Below are positions 1-15,015 of a stretch of DNA of 64,000 nucleotides, piece by piece (the first letter of the stretch is position 1; every line of letters begins with the position of its first letter). The stretch covers positions 1,047,842 through 1,111,841 of the forward strand of contig RHPI01002533.1 in NCBI GenBank assembly GCA_009103225.1, written 5' to 3'. The notes beneath the pieces were generated by a model. The model saw only the letters and a program-made list of their open reading frames with translations, was not told the DNA's origin and ran no database searches. Origin of the DNA: Chlorokybus atmophyticus. Taxonomy: Eukaryota > Plantae > Mesostigma and Chlorokybus algae. The position numbers and the translations under genes are program-made.

Positions 1-1
1 C

Positions 2-51
<50 letters not shown>

Positions 52-56
52 ACACA

Positions 57-112
<56 letters not shown>

Positions 113-140
113 TACATATATACATATATACATATATATG
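1..140. repeat. Compound microsatellite (TA)n-(TG)n-(CA)n-(TACA)n
   Basis: Dinucleotide runs are directly visible. They generate the CVCV/HTHT pseudo-ORFs. Confidence 0.95.
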
Positions 141-583
141 TATACATTTCAGGTGGTTGGGTGCTGCCATCTGCTTGTTTGCTGCTTTACACGACCACCT
201 GCTACTGCTTGAGGGTTTGATATTTGGCTAGTTGTGTTGAGTTGGAGTAGGCTGTGCATAGCTCTGCCTTGGCCCCCATGTAATCGTATGACTGCTTGCT
301 TGTCTTTGCTATATTGCCAACTACTTCGGGGTTTGTAACGTGCAACCTTCATATGTATTGTAACGCACTATGATACAACTTTACGGCACATAATGTTGCA
401 CGCAACTACGTGTCCACTTAAGAGTATGAAATCCATTAAACGTGGCGGTCCTATCAAATTGTAATGCCCATAGTTATTATTCTCATTAAGTGCGCATCAA
501 CGCGCACACCGCTTGCTAGTAGCAGTGTAACTTGACGTCGAGGTTAAACGACCCAATAAGACGTTATTCACAAAAGCAAGGTG

Positions 584-1109
584 TGTAACGGGAGCAATAA
601 TAATAGGGGTATTATTGCTACCTGAATAACACATTTTGTATGAATAAGTATTTAAATATGCTTATTTATACCTCTTTTCTACGGTTCCTCGCTTATTAAA
701 GGCTATGATGCTTTATCATAGCTTAAATAAGTCCCAATGGGTGTAGAACCGCTTATTCAAGCCTATTTAGTGTCACATTCGATATAATGTGATCACTATC
801 TCGTTAGGTACCTTACGATAGGTATCTTTGGATAGGTACCTTATCGATAGGTACCTTATCTGAGCTGTGATTGGCTCACGCTAGATTTCCTAACTACCCT
901 ATCTGTAGGGTCGATATCTAGTTGTGAGTTAATTATCGAGAGTTATATAGTTGATATACTCTTGATATAAAAGGTCACATCAATCTGATGTGGGGACTTT
1001 CAGTTCTCTGCTCAGTGGCGGCCACGCCGCTGAAAGGCTTGTCATAGGCGGTGTGGGTATTGGGGTAGAGGATTGAAGGGGCATCACCGGCGACGGTGGT
1101 GCTGTTACA
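584..1109 (+). repeat. 5' LTR of A1
   Basis: TG...CA ends; about 5 substitutions versus 7102-7627, counted by eye. Confidence 0.97.
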
Positions 1110-1124
1110 TTGGTATCCAGGAGC
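1110..1124 (+). other. Primer binding site (iMet-like variant TGGTATCCAGGAGC)
   Basis: Directly follows the 5' LTR. Resembles the canonical tRNA-iMet PBS TGGTATCAGAGC with two extra bases; same in A2. Confidence 0.75.
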
Positions 1125-2046
1125 TGGGGGGTGACGTGGGTACTTATAGGGGGCGGCGACCTGCTTTCGGCCAATCAGAAGCGTCGGCGGCGGCCTCCTA
1201 TTCGTCCACGCAGCCCAAGCTTCAAGTTCGCTTCCCTGCGCTACCTCCACGTTGAAGCCACCTATCAAAGAGGCGGCCTCTCCACGTGTGAGGTACCATC
1301 ACACGTCGGTGACTTGCCTGCTTGCCTGCTTGTCAGCTGCTTGCCAGGTGCTTGCCAAGTGCACGTGTGTACTTTCATGCACATCACACAGTGGCTTGCC
1401 AGTGCACTATCATTGCTTGCAGTAATTGCCTGTCATTGCATGCGGTGATTGCGGCTTGCTAGTGTGCCATCACTGTTTGTCACACTTAGTGCACTGTCAT
1501 TGCTTGCAGTGATTGCCTGTCATTGCATGCGGTGATTGCTTGTCATTGTGCTTGCCAGTGCATGTCACAGTTAGTCACCGTGCGGCTTGCCTGTTGCATG
1601 CCTGTGGCTTGCCTGTTGCATGCCTGTGACGTACCTGTGACCTGCCAGCGGCTTTGCCGGGTCGTTTGACCCGGGTCCGTAAGTTCCAAACCAAACTGTT
1701 CCCAAACCCTCCCCCTCTGGCTTCGGCCTGGAGATCGGGACTTGGTTAGGACAGTTGTGGGGAGGTTCTAGGACAATCTGTTCCCAAACCCTGTTAGTCT
1801 GAAACCCTCCCCCTCTGGCTTCGGCCTGGAGATTGGGACTTGGTTGAGGACAACACAGGGTTAGGACATTCTGGTCCCACTCAGACTTGTTCTGTTTGGT
1901 GACACTCCAGATCCAACCTTTCCTATTTTGGGACTGGTTTGGACTCTGTTTGGGACTTTTACAACTTGGGGTCATTTTGATCCTCTCGTTAAACCTGGTC
2001 CATTGGTGAGGTTCTCACCATCCCATTCTGCCTGTTTTGCAGGCAA

Positions 2047-3222
2047 ATGGAAGAAAACTCGGTGCCCACCTCAAAAGGGGAGAGCTCAGAAAAAGAGCAA
2101 CTTTCCCGTGAGGAGGAATTTCCATCCATGGAAGATATTCCGAATCCGGATGATGCACCTGATGAGTCTCAAGCTGCTAAAGCTGCGGAAGCTTCAGTGG
2201 ATGATAGATCACCTTCTATATTCCCTGAGTTTTCTATTCGCATGACACAGCAGGACTTGATGGAGCATTTCCTTAGCACCTATGATCAGGACCCTCGTGA
2301 GGCAATTGTCTCATTCGTGAACTTTCTCTTCCTATTGGCAGAAAAAGTTTCAAAGCTCACCACCTTTATGGGGCGAGATTGGGAGGGGCAGATGGGTGAA
2401 GGCAAACGTGTTCTGAATATGATCGAGCGTCTGCAGCGTGCTGACGGTGGTCCACCTGTTCAAGCACTTGCTCGTCCTGCCGAGTTTGTTCCCAACAAGC
2501 AAGCGGCCATCTTCGACTGGCTTGTGAAGTTGCGACACTATGTCAACTCCCTTCACATTTCTGAGGAGGGGAAATTGCGTGTAGCTGAGTTGCTGATCCC
2601 AAACGATGCTTTGGCAGAGTGGTACCGCCGTAAGCAACGGGATACCAACCTCGGGCGGGAAGTAAATCAGTTGTGCTTTTTCATGGAGCAGCGCTATGGT
2701 GGCGCAGATCCTGCCCAGGTTGCTCGCAACCAGCTGCACAACCTGCGTCAGAACGGGCGTCCGGTTCAGCAGTATATCCAGGATTTTCAGTCGTTTGTCA
2801 GCAAGATCAATGCTGGCAAACTACCTATCAGTGATGCTGATCAGCTGGATATGTTCAGGCGTGGCTTGGACACAGATCTCGTGCAGCATGTGGCCGTCAA
2901 CCCCGCGAGTTTGCAAGAGTGGGCCTCGACGGATTTACCAATGCTGATGCAGATGGTTGCTGCTGTGGACAGTGTAAAACGCTCTCACGCCAACATGCAA
3001 ACCACGGCAAAAGAGGCAGCCCCGGTTTCAGCTGCAAAGCGCCCGGCCACTGGCAACAAACCTTTTGTGAAAAAGGCGAAACCATCTCATCCTGCTGGCC
3101 CCTACAATGCGGCCAAATCCATCATCACTTGCAGTTTCTGCAAGAAGACAGGTCATGGGGAGGCTACGTGCTATGCAAAACAGAATGCACAGAAGGCCAA
3201 GCAGCAGAGAGAAAAGAAATAG
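2047..3222 (+). CDS. gag: Gag of A1 (capsid-like region plus CCHC knuckle CSFCKKTGHGEATC)
   Basis: 391-aa ORF with LRQNGRPVQQYIQDFQ retrotrans-gag-like segment and a zinc knuckle; ends in TAG. Confidence 0.9.
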   Translation: MEENSVPTSKGESSEKEQLSREEEFPSMEDIPNPDDAPDESQAAKAAEASVDDRSPSIFPEFSIRMTQQDLMEHFLSTYDQDPREAIVSFVNFLFLLAEKVSKLTTFMGRDWEGQMGEGKRVLNMIERLQRADGGPPVQALARPAEFVPNKQAAIFDWLVKLRHYVNSLHISEEGKLRVAELLIPNDALAEWYRRKQRDTNLGREVNQLCFFMEQRYGGADPAQVARNQLHNLRQNGRPVQQYIQDFQSFVSKINAGKLPISDADQLDMFRRGLDTDLVQHVAVNPASLQEWASTDLPMLMQMVAAVDSVKRSHANMQTTAKEAAPVSAAKRPATGNKPFVKKAKPSHPAGPYNAAKSIITCSFCKKTGHGEATCYAKQNAQKAKQQREKK

Positions 3223-6200
3223 GAATTGTCCGTGGTTGGTAGCTTAGTCGAGCAGAACGACTTTAAAAACTCTGTACTTCTTGATAAAGTTTCCTCTCTT
3301 TGCGATGTATCAGATGTATGGACTGATATGAGCACACCACCTGTGTTGAGAAATGCAAACGGTTGTGTTTTAATCAATGTTCCATTCTCTGAATTAGTAA
3401 CTGCTGTTAAGCACTTACACGAGTTGCAATTACAACATGCTATCACTGCATGTGTAGTTATCCCTCGATATCATGGCCCGTGGTCGCGATTGTTGAAAGG
3501 GGGAGAAGTAATCATGCAACTCTCACGCAAAGATACAGGAGCTTCACCATTGCAAGTGATCTTTATCAAGTCTGCTACCAATCACGGCACTCCGATATTA
3601 GCTACATTTGATGGTCACTCAGTGCCACTCAAATGGAGATTTGAGAGTCAACTTATGGGTACACCATGTACAGCATTGATTGATACTGGTGCAAACCATA
3701 ACTTTGTTGAACATGCTTGGGTGAAACGTAATAACATTCCTTTCACACCAGTCACGTCATATGTACGTGCTGCTGGTTCCACTCTCAATGCAATGGGAGA
3801 GGTAAAAGGGCGTTTTGTTATTAATGGCCATATAACCCGACCAGCCTTCATCGTGGTGGATATTGGTATCCCCGGGGTGGATGTTGTTTTAGGGGAACAA
3901 TGGCACACTGAAGCAGGTTTACAATTAGACTCTCGAGCCAATACGTGCACCCTTCGTAAAGGGAAACGTAGGATGACTTTAACAGCATCTGTACTCGCAC
4001 GTATACCACGCGATAATGTTCCGCTCCTCTCTGCTATGCAATTGAAACGTTGCATGCGTAAACGTGAGGAAGTATACTTACTGCACTTACGACAGGTGGA
4101 AACACCTGCTGAACAGGCTATCAGTGACCCTGTGGTGCAGTCACTTACGGAACAATACGCAGATGTATTTCAGGATGAACTCCCAGAGTTGCCTCCCGAT
4201 CGAAACATACATCATACCATTCCGTTAGAGGAGGGGGCAAAGCCACCTTGGCGGCCTATATACAGGCTAAGTCCCTTAGAACACGCGGAGATGGAAAAAC
4301 AGCTCAAAGAGTTATTGGACAAAGGTTTAATAACAAAGAGCATATCTCCTTTTGGTGCACCAATTTTGTTTGTGCCCAAAAAGAATGGCAAGCTACGCAT
4401 GTGTATTGATTACCGTGCGTTGAACAAGGTCACTGTGAAAAACAGATACCCTTTGCCTCGGATTGATGATTTGTTTGATAAGCTGTCAGGTGCAACAGTG
4501 TTCAGCACGCTGGATTTGACCAGTGGTTATCATCAAATCAAAATCCACCCGTCGGATATACAAAAAACTGCATTTCGCACCCCACTAGGACACTTTGAGT
4601 ATAAAGTGTTACCATTTGGGTTAACAAATGCACCGGCTACATTTCAGACAGCAATGAACGCGGTATTTGCTGATGAATTGTACAAGTTTGTACTGGTATA
4701 TCTAGACGACATTATTGTGTTCAGCAAAACCCGGGAGGACCACCACAAACATGTGGAATTGGTTCTAGCTAGATTACGTGAACACAAATTCTATGCCAAC
4801 CTGTCCAAATGCAACTTTGCAAAGGATGAACTACCCTTTTTAGGGCATGTGATTGGCAAAGAAGGATTGAAACCAGATCCTCAGAAGGTGTGTGCGGTAA
4901 AGGATTGGCCACCACCCAAGGATGTACATCAGTTACGTGCTTTCTTGGGGCTAGCCAATTATTTCCGCAAGTTCATGCGAGCATATTCTGGCATGGCAAA
5001 CCCTTTAACATCTTTACTAAGAAAAGATGTTAAATTTGTGTGGACGGAGGCACACGAGGTTGCTTTTACACGCATTAAAGATGCATTAACACAAGCCCCT
5101 GTGTTAGCCTTCCCCGACCACACCAAGCCTTTTGTGGTGATCAGTGATGCTTCCACCATTGGGTGTGGGGCAGTCCTTCTACAAGATGACAGACCATGTG
5201 CATATGAAAGCAGAAAGTTCATTCCTGCTGAACGTAATTACACAACCACTGAGCAGGAATTGCTCGGGGTGGTGCACGCGCTGCGCACATGGCGTTGCTA
5301 CTTGGAAGGGGTGGAGTTTTCAGTGATTACTGATCACAACCCGCTCACATTCTTTCATACGCAACAAAATCTGTCGAGGCGGCAAGCTAGGTGGAATGAA
5401 TTCATTTCTCGTTTCACTTTCACTTGGCAATACCGTCCGGGTCGCACCAATGTGGCGGATCCACTAAGTCGCAGCCCTGCTCTTTTGGCACTTACGCGCT
5501 CTCGAAGTACGCGTAATGTACAACAGCCTGAAGATCCTTTCTTAAAAGAAGTGTCCACAGGTTATAACTCAGATGATTGGTTTAGCAGTCAAACCAACTT
5601 GCAACAGCTTACTGCTGTTAGCAATCTGTGGTATAAAGGGGAGCAGTTGGCAATTCCCAACTCGGGCGACTTGCGTAAGCAATGCTTACATTCAGTGCAT
5701 GACCCGCCGTATGCTGGGCATTTGGGGAAACACAAAACACTCAAATCTGCGCAACAGTTATACTGGTGGCCGTCAATGTCAGCTGACGTGGATCAATATG
5801 TTCGCACATGTGACGTGTGTCAACGTAATAAGCCACTACGACAAAAACAAGCGGGATTGCTTAAACCATTGGCAATTCCAGAACAAAAGTGGGATAGTGT
5901 CAGTATGGATTTGATTACTGACCTACCTGAAACAGCAGCTAAATACACTGCTATTGTGGTTTTTGTCGACCGTTTGACTAAAATGGTGCATTTTGCCCCG
6001 TGTTGCACAACTGTAAGTGCACGGGACTTGGCACACTTATTTGTGTCCACGGTCTTTCGCGTTCACGGTATACCGCGTGAACTTGTCACAGATCGTGATC
6101 CTCGTTTTGTCTCCAAGTTTTGGCGAGAAGTCTGTGAATTGTTGGGGGTAAAACAAAGCATGTCGACTGCTTTCCACCCGCAAACGGACGGTCAAACTGA

Positions 6201-6954
6201 GCGAGCAAATCAAATACTGGAAGAAATGCTTCGCCACTATGTGGCTCCTAATCATGCTGATTGGGACAGGTACTTGCCAATGGCAGAGTTCGCTGTGAAC
6301 AACGCGTGGCAAGAAAGTGTAAAGGAAACCCCATTTTTCTTGAATTATGGGATTCGCCCAAACACACCAGCGTCATTGCGTGTACCTCGCAATGCCCTGA
6401 CTGTAACAGCGGCAAAGGAATTTGCCACTAATATGCAAGAAAATTTGGCTCGAGCCAAGCTGTGTCTGTCAGAAGCACAGGACAGGCAAAAAGCTTATGC
6501 TGATACACATCGAAAAATGGCCACTTTCGATGTCGGCGATAAAGTTTTGCTTAATGCAAAAAACATAACCATCAAAGGTACGGGTGCTCGCAAGTTGCTG
6601 CCCCGATGGTTAGGTCCTTTCTCTATCACTGATAGAGTTGGTACGCACGCTTATCGACTGCAATTGCCCCCAAGTGTGCGTATACACAACGTGTTTCATG
6701 TAAACTTGTTGAAACCTTACCGCTCAGACGGTAGAACACAGCCTCCACCACCGCCAATTGAGGTGGACAGCGAGCTCGAATACGAGGTGGAAGCTATATT
6801 GAACCATAAGCTAAATGGTCGAGGACGCGCAACTCGCTATTTGGTGAAATGGAAAGGGTATGGCCCGGAACATAACAGTTGGGAGCCCGACAGGCATCTT
6901 ACGCACTGCCGCGAGTTGCTTCGAGCTTATTGGGATTCATGTCCTGTCCCATAA
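3223..6954 (+). CDS. pol: Pol of A1: extra N-terminal domain, aspartic protease, RT, RNase H, integrase, chromodomain
   Basis: LIDTGA protease; YLDD RT; DAS...ELL RNase H; H2C2 zinc finger, D(LITD)/D(RD)/E integrase and GPF motif; EYEVEAIL...YLVKWKGY...NSWEP chromodomain. Same frame as gag. Confidence 0.97.
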   Translation, partial: ELSVVGSLVEQNDFKNSVLLDKVSSLCDVSDVWTDMSTPPVLRNANGCVLINVPFSELVTAVKHLHELQLQHAITACVVIPRYHGPWSRLLKGGEVIMQLSRKDTGASPLQVIFIKSATNHGTPILATFDGHSVPLKWRFESQLMGTPCTALIDTGANHNFVEHAWVKRNNIPFTPVTSYVRAAGSTLNAMGEVKGRFVINGHITRPAFIVVDIGIPGVDVVLGEQWHTEAGLQLDSRANTCTLRKGKRRMTLTASVLARIPRDNVPLLSAMQLKRCMRKREEVYLLHLRQVETPAEQAISDPVVQSLTEQYADVFQDELPELPPDRNIHHTIPLEEGAKPPWRPIYRLSPLEHAEMEKQLKELLDKGLITKSISPFGAPILFVPKKNGKLRMCIDYRALNKVTVKNRYPLPRIDDLFDKLSGATVFSTLDLTSGYHQIKIHPSDIQKTAFRTPLGHFEYKVLPFGLTNAPATFQTAMNAVFADELYKFVLVYLDDIIVFSKTREDHHKHVELVLARLREHKFYANLSKCNFAKDELPFLGHVIGKEGLKPDPQKVCAVKDWPPPKDVHQLRAFLGLANYFRKFMRAYSGMANPLTSLLRKDVKFVWTEAHEVAFTRIKDALTQAPVLAFPDHTKPFVVISDASTIGCGAVLLQDDRPCAYESRKFIPAERNYTTTEQELLGVVHALRTWRCYLEGVEFSVITDHNPLTFFHTQQNLSRRQARWNEFISRFTFTWQYRPGRTNVADPLSRSPALLALTRSRSTRNVQQPEDPFLKEVSTGYNSDDWFSSQTNLQQLTAVSNLWYKGEQLAIPNSGDLRKQCLHSVHDPPYAGHLGKHKTLKSAQQLYWWPSMSADVDQYVRTCDVCQRNKPLRQKQAGLLKPLAIPEQKWDSVSMDLITDLPETAAKYTAIVVFVDRLTKMVHFAPCCTTVSARDLAHLFVSTVFRVHGIPRELVTDRDPRFVSKFWREVCELLGVKQSMSTAFHPQTDGQTERANQILEEMLRHYVAPNHADWDRYLPMAEFAVNNAWQESVKETPFFLNYGIRPNTPASLRVPRNALTVTAAKEFATNMQENLARAKLCLSEAQDRQKAYADTHRKMATFDVGDKVLLNAKNITIKGTGARKLLPRWLGPFSITDRVGTHAYRLQLPPSVRIHNVFHVNLLKPYRSDGRTQPPPPPIEVDSELEYEVEAILNHKLNGRGRATRYLVKWKGYGPEHNSWEPDRHLTHCRELLRAYWDSCPVP

Positions 6955-7088
6955 ACTGTGGGCTTGGTTTTATGACAGACTGGCAGTGCAGTTTCATTAC
7001 CACCCTGTCATTTCCTGCTATCTCACTGGTTACAATTACTCGAAATCAAGCCTGATCAACTTGAGTTCAACGAGGACGTTGAAAACCT

Positions 7089-7101
7089 AAGTGGGGGGGA
7101 A
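7089..7101 (+). other. Polypurine tract of A1
   Basis: AAGTGGGGGGGAA immediately before the 3' LTR. Confidence 0.9.
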
Positions 7102-7627
7102 TGTAACGGGAGCAATAATAATAGGGGTATTATTGCTACCTGAATAACACATTTTGTATGAATAAGTATTTAAATATGCTTATTTATACCTCTTTTTTAC
7201 GGTTCCTCGCTTATTAAAGGGTATGATGCTTTATCATAGCTTAAATAAGTCCCAATGGGTGTAGAACCGCTTATTCAAGCCTGTTTAGTGTCACATTCGA
7301 TATAATGTGATCACTATCTCGTTAGGTACCTTACGATAGGTATCTTTGGATAGGTACCTTATCGATAGGTACCTTATCTGAGCTGTGATTGGCTCACGCT
7401 AGATTTCCTAACTACCCTATCTGTAGGGTCGATATCTAGTTGTGAGTTAATTATCGAGAGTTATATAGTTGATATACTCTTAATATAAAAGGTCACATCA
7501 ATCTGATGTGGGGACTTTCAGTTCTCTGCTCAGTGGCGGCCACGCCGCTGAAAGGCTTGGCATAGGCGGTGTGGGTATTGGGGTAGAGGATTGAAGGGGC
7601 ATCACCGGCGACGGTGGTGCTGTTACA
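7102..7627 (+). repeat. 3' LTR of A1
   Basis: Direct repeat of 584-1109, followed by TSD AGGTG. Confidence 0.97.
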
Positions 7628-9472
7628 AGGTGTGTCAAAAAGAGCGTATATGTTTTTTTCATATATCCCAAAGTATGCATAGTGCCTCATTACTTGCCGG
7701 TAACAGCAAGCAAGCTACACTGAATCAGTGCTTGTTATTTTCTTATATAAACGGTAGGGAGGGAGGGGGGGGGGGGGGGGGGGGGGNNNNNNNNNNGGGG
7801 GGGCGCCTCCCTACTCTCTTGTGTAGACTATTCACACAATCATTATTTGCATTGTGCATTTTGCAATTGCCAGCGCTTAATGGCTCATGGCGTCGCCTCT
7901 TTGTCCGTGCACGTTATTGACCACGGTATCCACTGAAGATGTTGCTGTGGTGGTGACCTCACAGCATGAGGACATGGGTTGGGCACCATATGCAACTGCA
8001 ATGTGCTACCCACAATGTTGCACGCACACACCTGCGCATACCCACGCGCACATTCCCACCCCAACTGGCACACCTATATGCGCATACCGTCCGTGTGGCA
8101 CACGCACTCGCACACACGCTTACTCGCGTACGCGCATTTATGCGCGCGTCCACGCGTAGTCGCGCGCGCGCAACCACACACACACACTTGCGCACGCGTG
8201 CGTGCGTGCGCGTGTTGCGCAGGTGAGTCCTTTGGCCTCATGCTATTATTCCACCCTCTTCCGCGTTGGAGCATACAACATGCCCTCAAGAAGCTTCCGT
8301 TGTCACACTTGACAAACAACATTAGTGTGGCCTTGTAAACACGCCCACTTTCGCTCTTTTCTCGGCCGTTGTCAACCCTTGCCTTAGCCTTGAAGTGTTG
8401 CAAATGAAGGACTCATAACGATACACGCACTTAATTGTAAACCAATATCAATCTAGTAGAGCCAGCCCTCCATGTGTGATGCCCAACAAGTTGTAGACAT
8501 CGGAAAGAAACGCATCATGCGCATTGTGTGTGCAGGAAGTGTTTCGTTACATGCATGTACCTATGTGTACTTGGGTTGGTTGGTGTTTGCATCTGCCTGC
8601 TCCACCAACGGCATTGCATTGCACATAGGTCATTTAGCATAGAGTAGTGTGATGGCCCCGGTGTAATTGAAATGTGTTTACTTGTTCGCTTGAGTGTTGC
8701 TATGGTTGGTGTGTGCACAGACTGCATGTGTACAATATGACTCATACCCTATGCATGGGCATCACTCTGGTTGACAAGGAGGGGTGTGTGAAGGATAAAA
8801 CGCCTGCTGGTGAAAGCAGCTGATGGTGCATCATCATTACTACTGTACTAATAGCGCATGCCTTGCAGCACAGGCGTCCACATCAGCGCTCGAGACGTGG
8901 TAGCGGCGGCAACAGCGGCGGCGGCGGCGGCGGCGGCGGCAGGTGCGTGGCGCTGCTACGTAGCGTTGACCGCTGATCAAGTTCATCACGCTTGACCATG
9001 ATAGATGATGGTGACCAAGTTCAACAAGTCACCCTGCATGATGAGTCTTGGTTTAGTTGCGAGGGGTTGAACAGTGGTGGAAGTTAAGTTTGGCTGTATG
9101 TGATGATGTCTTCCTCTCTGCACACACACCGAAATCAACTCCACTCCTGGTAGCATTGCGATTGCTAGGCAACAAACAAACAGTTACAGCTGTTGCATGC
9201 CGTGGCAGCAGCTGAGCTGTATAGCATAGGCAATCAAGGGTAGCGTAAAGGTGGTCTGATGTGCACACAGAGCACATTACACACACAGAGCCCTACATGT
9301 GTCTACTCTATTCTTGGCGGAGTTTTCTATCTTGGTTTACTTCATAGACACCTTGCACGCATGCGTGCGTGCTTGCGCTTGGTCGAACACCAAGACACCA
9401 CACTACATACATGCACAGACTCGAAGCACCAACTTGTTTGATAATTCAACTACTCCGCCGTGCTCATCAGCT

Positions 9473-10170
9473 ATGGCGTCTCTCTTGACCGACGACGACA
9501 ACACTGATGCCGCGGCCGCCGCCAACAATGACGATGATGCCGACGACATCAACGACGCGGGCATGACGGGTCTGATCGTTGCGATGTGGCGCGAGCGGGA
9601 GAATCACCGCGCCGACCCGCTCGTCATCGACCCCTACGCCGCGGTGAGGAGAGAAGCTGTTGTTGTGTATGTGGGTTTGTTGTCCTCATCGTGGTCATCA
9701 GCTGTTCAGGAGCGCGCGTGCCGCGAAGCATGAAGCGCGTCTCAGAGAGATCACGCCTGGGTGCGGGGCGCTCCTGCCTCTAAGGTACGCGTGCATGCGT
9801 GCATGTGTGCACAAGTGTATATGTGCATGTTGGTCTACTTGTGTGCACACACATGCATGTGCCTGTGTACGTGTGTATGTGCACATGCGCGCGTACCCGT
9901 TATGCTTGTTCAGCAAAGCTGCATGTGCGCGTGACCGTGCAGGACCAAGTACATCGATGACGTTGTGATGAAGGAGGTGTGGTGTGAAGGTACGCGCCAG
10001 GTGAGAGCCAGTATTCTCTCGAATCCCGACTGCACCTTTGTGGCGTGCATGGATGACCAAGCATGCTTCCTCCATGTGCTTAGGTAATCATCCTTGGCTC
10101 GGGCCTCGACTGCCGGCCCCTGCGCCTATACACCCACGGCGTCAAGTACTTTGAAGCCGACTATGAAGCA
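9473..10170 (+). CDS. Spliced SAM-dependent methyltransferase, TIGR00027/LCM (O-methyltransferase-like) family; N-terminal exons 9473-9643, 9702-9784, 9943-10000, 10084-10170; probably continues at about 15260-15370
   Basis: GT-AG exons join in frame to give TGLIVAMWRERE...DPLVIDPYAA / LRTKYIDD / RQVIILGSGLDCRPLRL...YFEAD, the family signature. A candidate downstream exon (VQSARACML...RVSLAADL) follows the poly-C. Confidence 0.8.
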
Positions 10171-10322
10171 GTAAGAATTACTGTTTGTACCCTTCCAACA
10201 TCAAACTGTTTGTTGCGCACACGCATACCACCTATTCACACCAACCACTCGCACAACCACGCACGCAGTTACGGGCGCGCACACAGACACGCACGCGCAC
10301 GCATGCGCGCGCATGCATCTCA

Positions 10323-15015
<4,693 letters not shown>

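Larger units (their letters stand above)
584..7627 (+). mobile_element. Full-length chromodomain Ty3/Gypsy LTR retrotransposon, family A copy A1
   Basis: 526-bp LTRs TGTAAC...GTTACA at 584-1109 and 7102-7627; TSD AGGTG at 579-583 and 7628-7632; PBS, PPT, gag and uninterrupted PR-RT-RH-INT-chromo pol. Confidence 0.98.

Noticed and set aside
3220-3222. TAG reassigned to Gln (non-standard algal code) as an explanation for gag-TAG-pol
   Set aside because: The reconstructed host genes terminate at TAG (36142-36144, 46294-46296) at the expected C-termini.
3648-6312. Antisense and alternate-frame ORFs repeated in A1, A2 and A3
   Set aside because: Shared only because the copies are about 99% identical; no independent evidence of coding.
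7765-7803. G-runs with short N gaps (also 18610-18661)
   Set aside because: Sequencing breakpoints at homopolymers; lengths are unreliable, so no G-quadruplex claim is made.
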